From: Eledone cirrhosa
Lineage: Eukaryota
Assembly: GCA_964016885.1 (NCBI GenBank)
Contig: OZ024740.1
Span: forward strand, 258,292,001-258,356,000
Length of the DNA: 64,000 bases
Direction: 5' to 3'
Shown: positions 62,780 through 64,000 of the stretch, one piece after another
Position numbering within the stretch: position 1 is the first letter of the stretch
Layout: every line of letters starts with the position of its first letter
The notes under the pieces: model-generated
Seen by the model: only the letters and a program-made list of their open reading frames with translations
Database searches by the model: none
Told to the model about the DNA's origin: nothing
Translations under genes and position numbers: made by a program

Positions 62780-63900
62780 GATTACCTCCCCACTACAAAC
62801 TCCCTCAAGAAGAGACAAAACATAAGAACCAACACAATTTATTGAAGTCGATTTTTCGGGCAAGGAGCAACAGTGGGTCCAAGTGTGGAAACTGATTAAG
62901 CGAGAAAGAACCTGGGCCAACCTAACCTTCTCGCACGAAGCAATAGTAGCATCGCAAAGGAGGACTTTGCATTATAGATATATTTCAGTGCAGACCTGCA
63001 AAGCGAAACTCGCCACTCAGACTAAAGTTGAAGCTGCACTGAAATGCATTAAGAAGACATAGAATAAAATTCAAGGGCCTGACAGTTCGGCGCTATCATG
63101 GTGCTGTTCAAAACCAAAGCCCTTGCTATTAAACACACTCTCACGGTGAAGAACGGCCCGCATAGGGATGTACCCGTCCCAAATACGCAGAATAATGGTA
63201 AAGGTCTGCATTCCCAGTATCCCGCCAGGAGTGAACCTATTGTGACTCCTGAGATGCGAGGTCGAGATGGGTACACATATGTGGGTATACATCTGCGAGC
63301 CTTCTGCCTTCAGCTCAAATATCCAGGGGGCCGCAATCTTCCGTTGCTGTAAACGCCAGTACTGGGACGTAAAACTCCACAACCCCCAACATCAGCAACG
63401 GCAGTACCATCAACAGCAGCAACTCTCATCGAACCACCACCGCCACCGGCATCGAAACCAACCCACGTGGAAAATGAAGAAAGCTCTCCAACACCCCCTC
63501 CTGAAACAATACACACATAAACACACAGACAAATACAATCACTCAAATATCAGAAAATAACACAAAGTCAGAATCTTCTAGTAGCGAAGACGAGGGACAA
63601 CCAACGAAGATAAAAACCAAAAACGCAAAAACAAGAAAAAGAAAATCACAAACATCCCTTACTCAAAAACAACTGAAACCACAGACACACACCCGAAACA
63701 GCACCAACACTAACATCTCCACCACCACCACAACAACAACAATCTCCGAAACGGAAACAACCACAACAAACAGAACAAAACAAGACACACAACTTCGTGC
63801 TAGTAAGAAGGGCCAGCGAGGAGTTGATGGCCCTGATATCACGAATGGATGAAATAGAAAAAGAGGCGGAAATATTTGGCACCAGCACATTTTGTATGCC
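62780..63900 (+). mobile_element. Highly degenerate Tx1 ORF1 fragment
   Basis: HLRAFCLQ knuckle remnant at ~63290 followed by CAA/CCA-rich linker sequence as in the other ORF1 copies. Confidence 0.55.
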
Positions 63901-64000
63901 ACAAAATTTACTACTGGTACGAATGTCGGTCGACTCCTACAAAGGGATAAGGGAGAGTCTGGGGTGGAAGAATCCAATGTGAACCCCACATCAAGACTTT

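Overview
AT-rich eukaryotic non-genic DNA made almost entirely of microsatellites and retroelements. The tRNA-derived SINE family and the repeat landscape look like an octopod cephalopod; this is recognition from memory, not a database match. No host protein-coding gene, rRNA or CRISPR array is supported, and most short ORFs in the track are translations of microsatellites. Contents: (i) a ~35-kb train (about 12.4-47.7 kb) of non-LTR retrotransposons joined through (TAA)n/(ATT)n tracts, comprising two R4/Dong-like RT+RLE lineages, four Tx1/L1-like ORF1+APE-RT elements and SINEs, each class with a fixed orientation relative to the triplet; (ii) several Penelope-like (RT/GIY-YIG) fragments and about seven hammerhead-ribozyme motifs, one with a long stem II inside a small non-coding element; (iii) RTE-clade LINE remnants with C-terminal C2H2 fingers and a short (TATG)n-associated RTE derivative. 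The most promising leads are a shared hairpin+pseudoknot architecture in the 5' UTRs of the two Dong lineages, a splice donor conserved at the Tx1 ORF1 stop, an (ATT)n-targeting Tx1 family whose 3' tail resembles the SINE tail, and a covarying structured RNA at the 5' end of the RTE derivatives. Boundaries were read by eye and may be off by a few to tens of bases.
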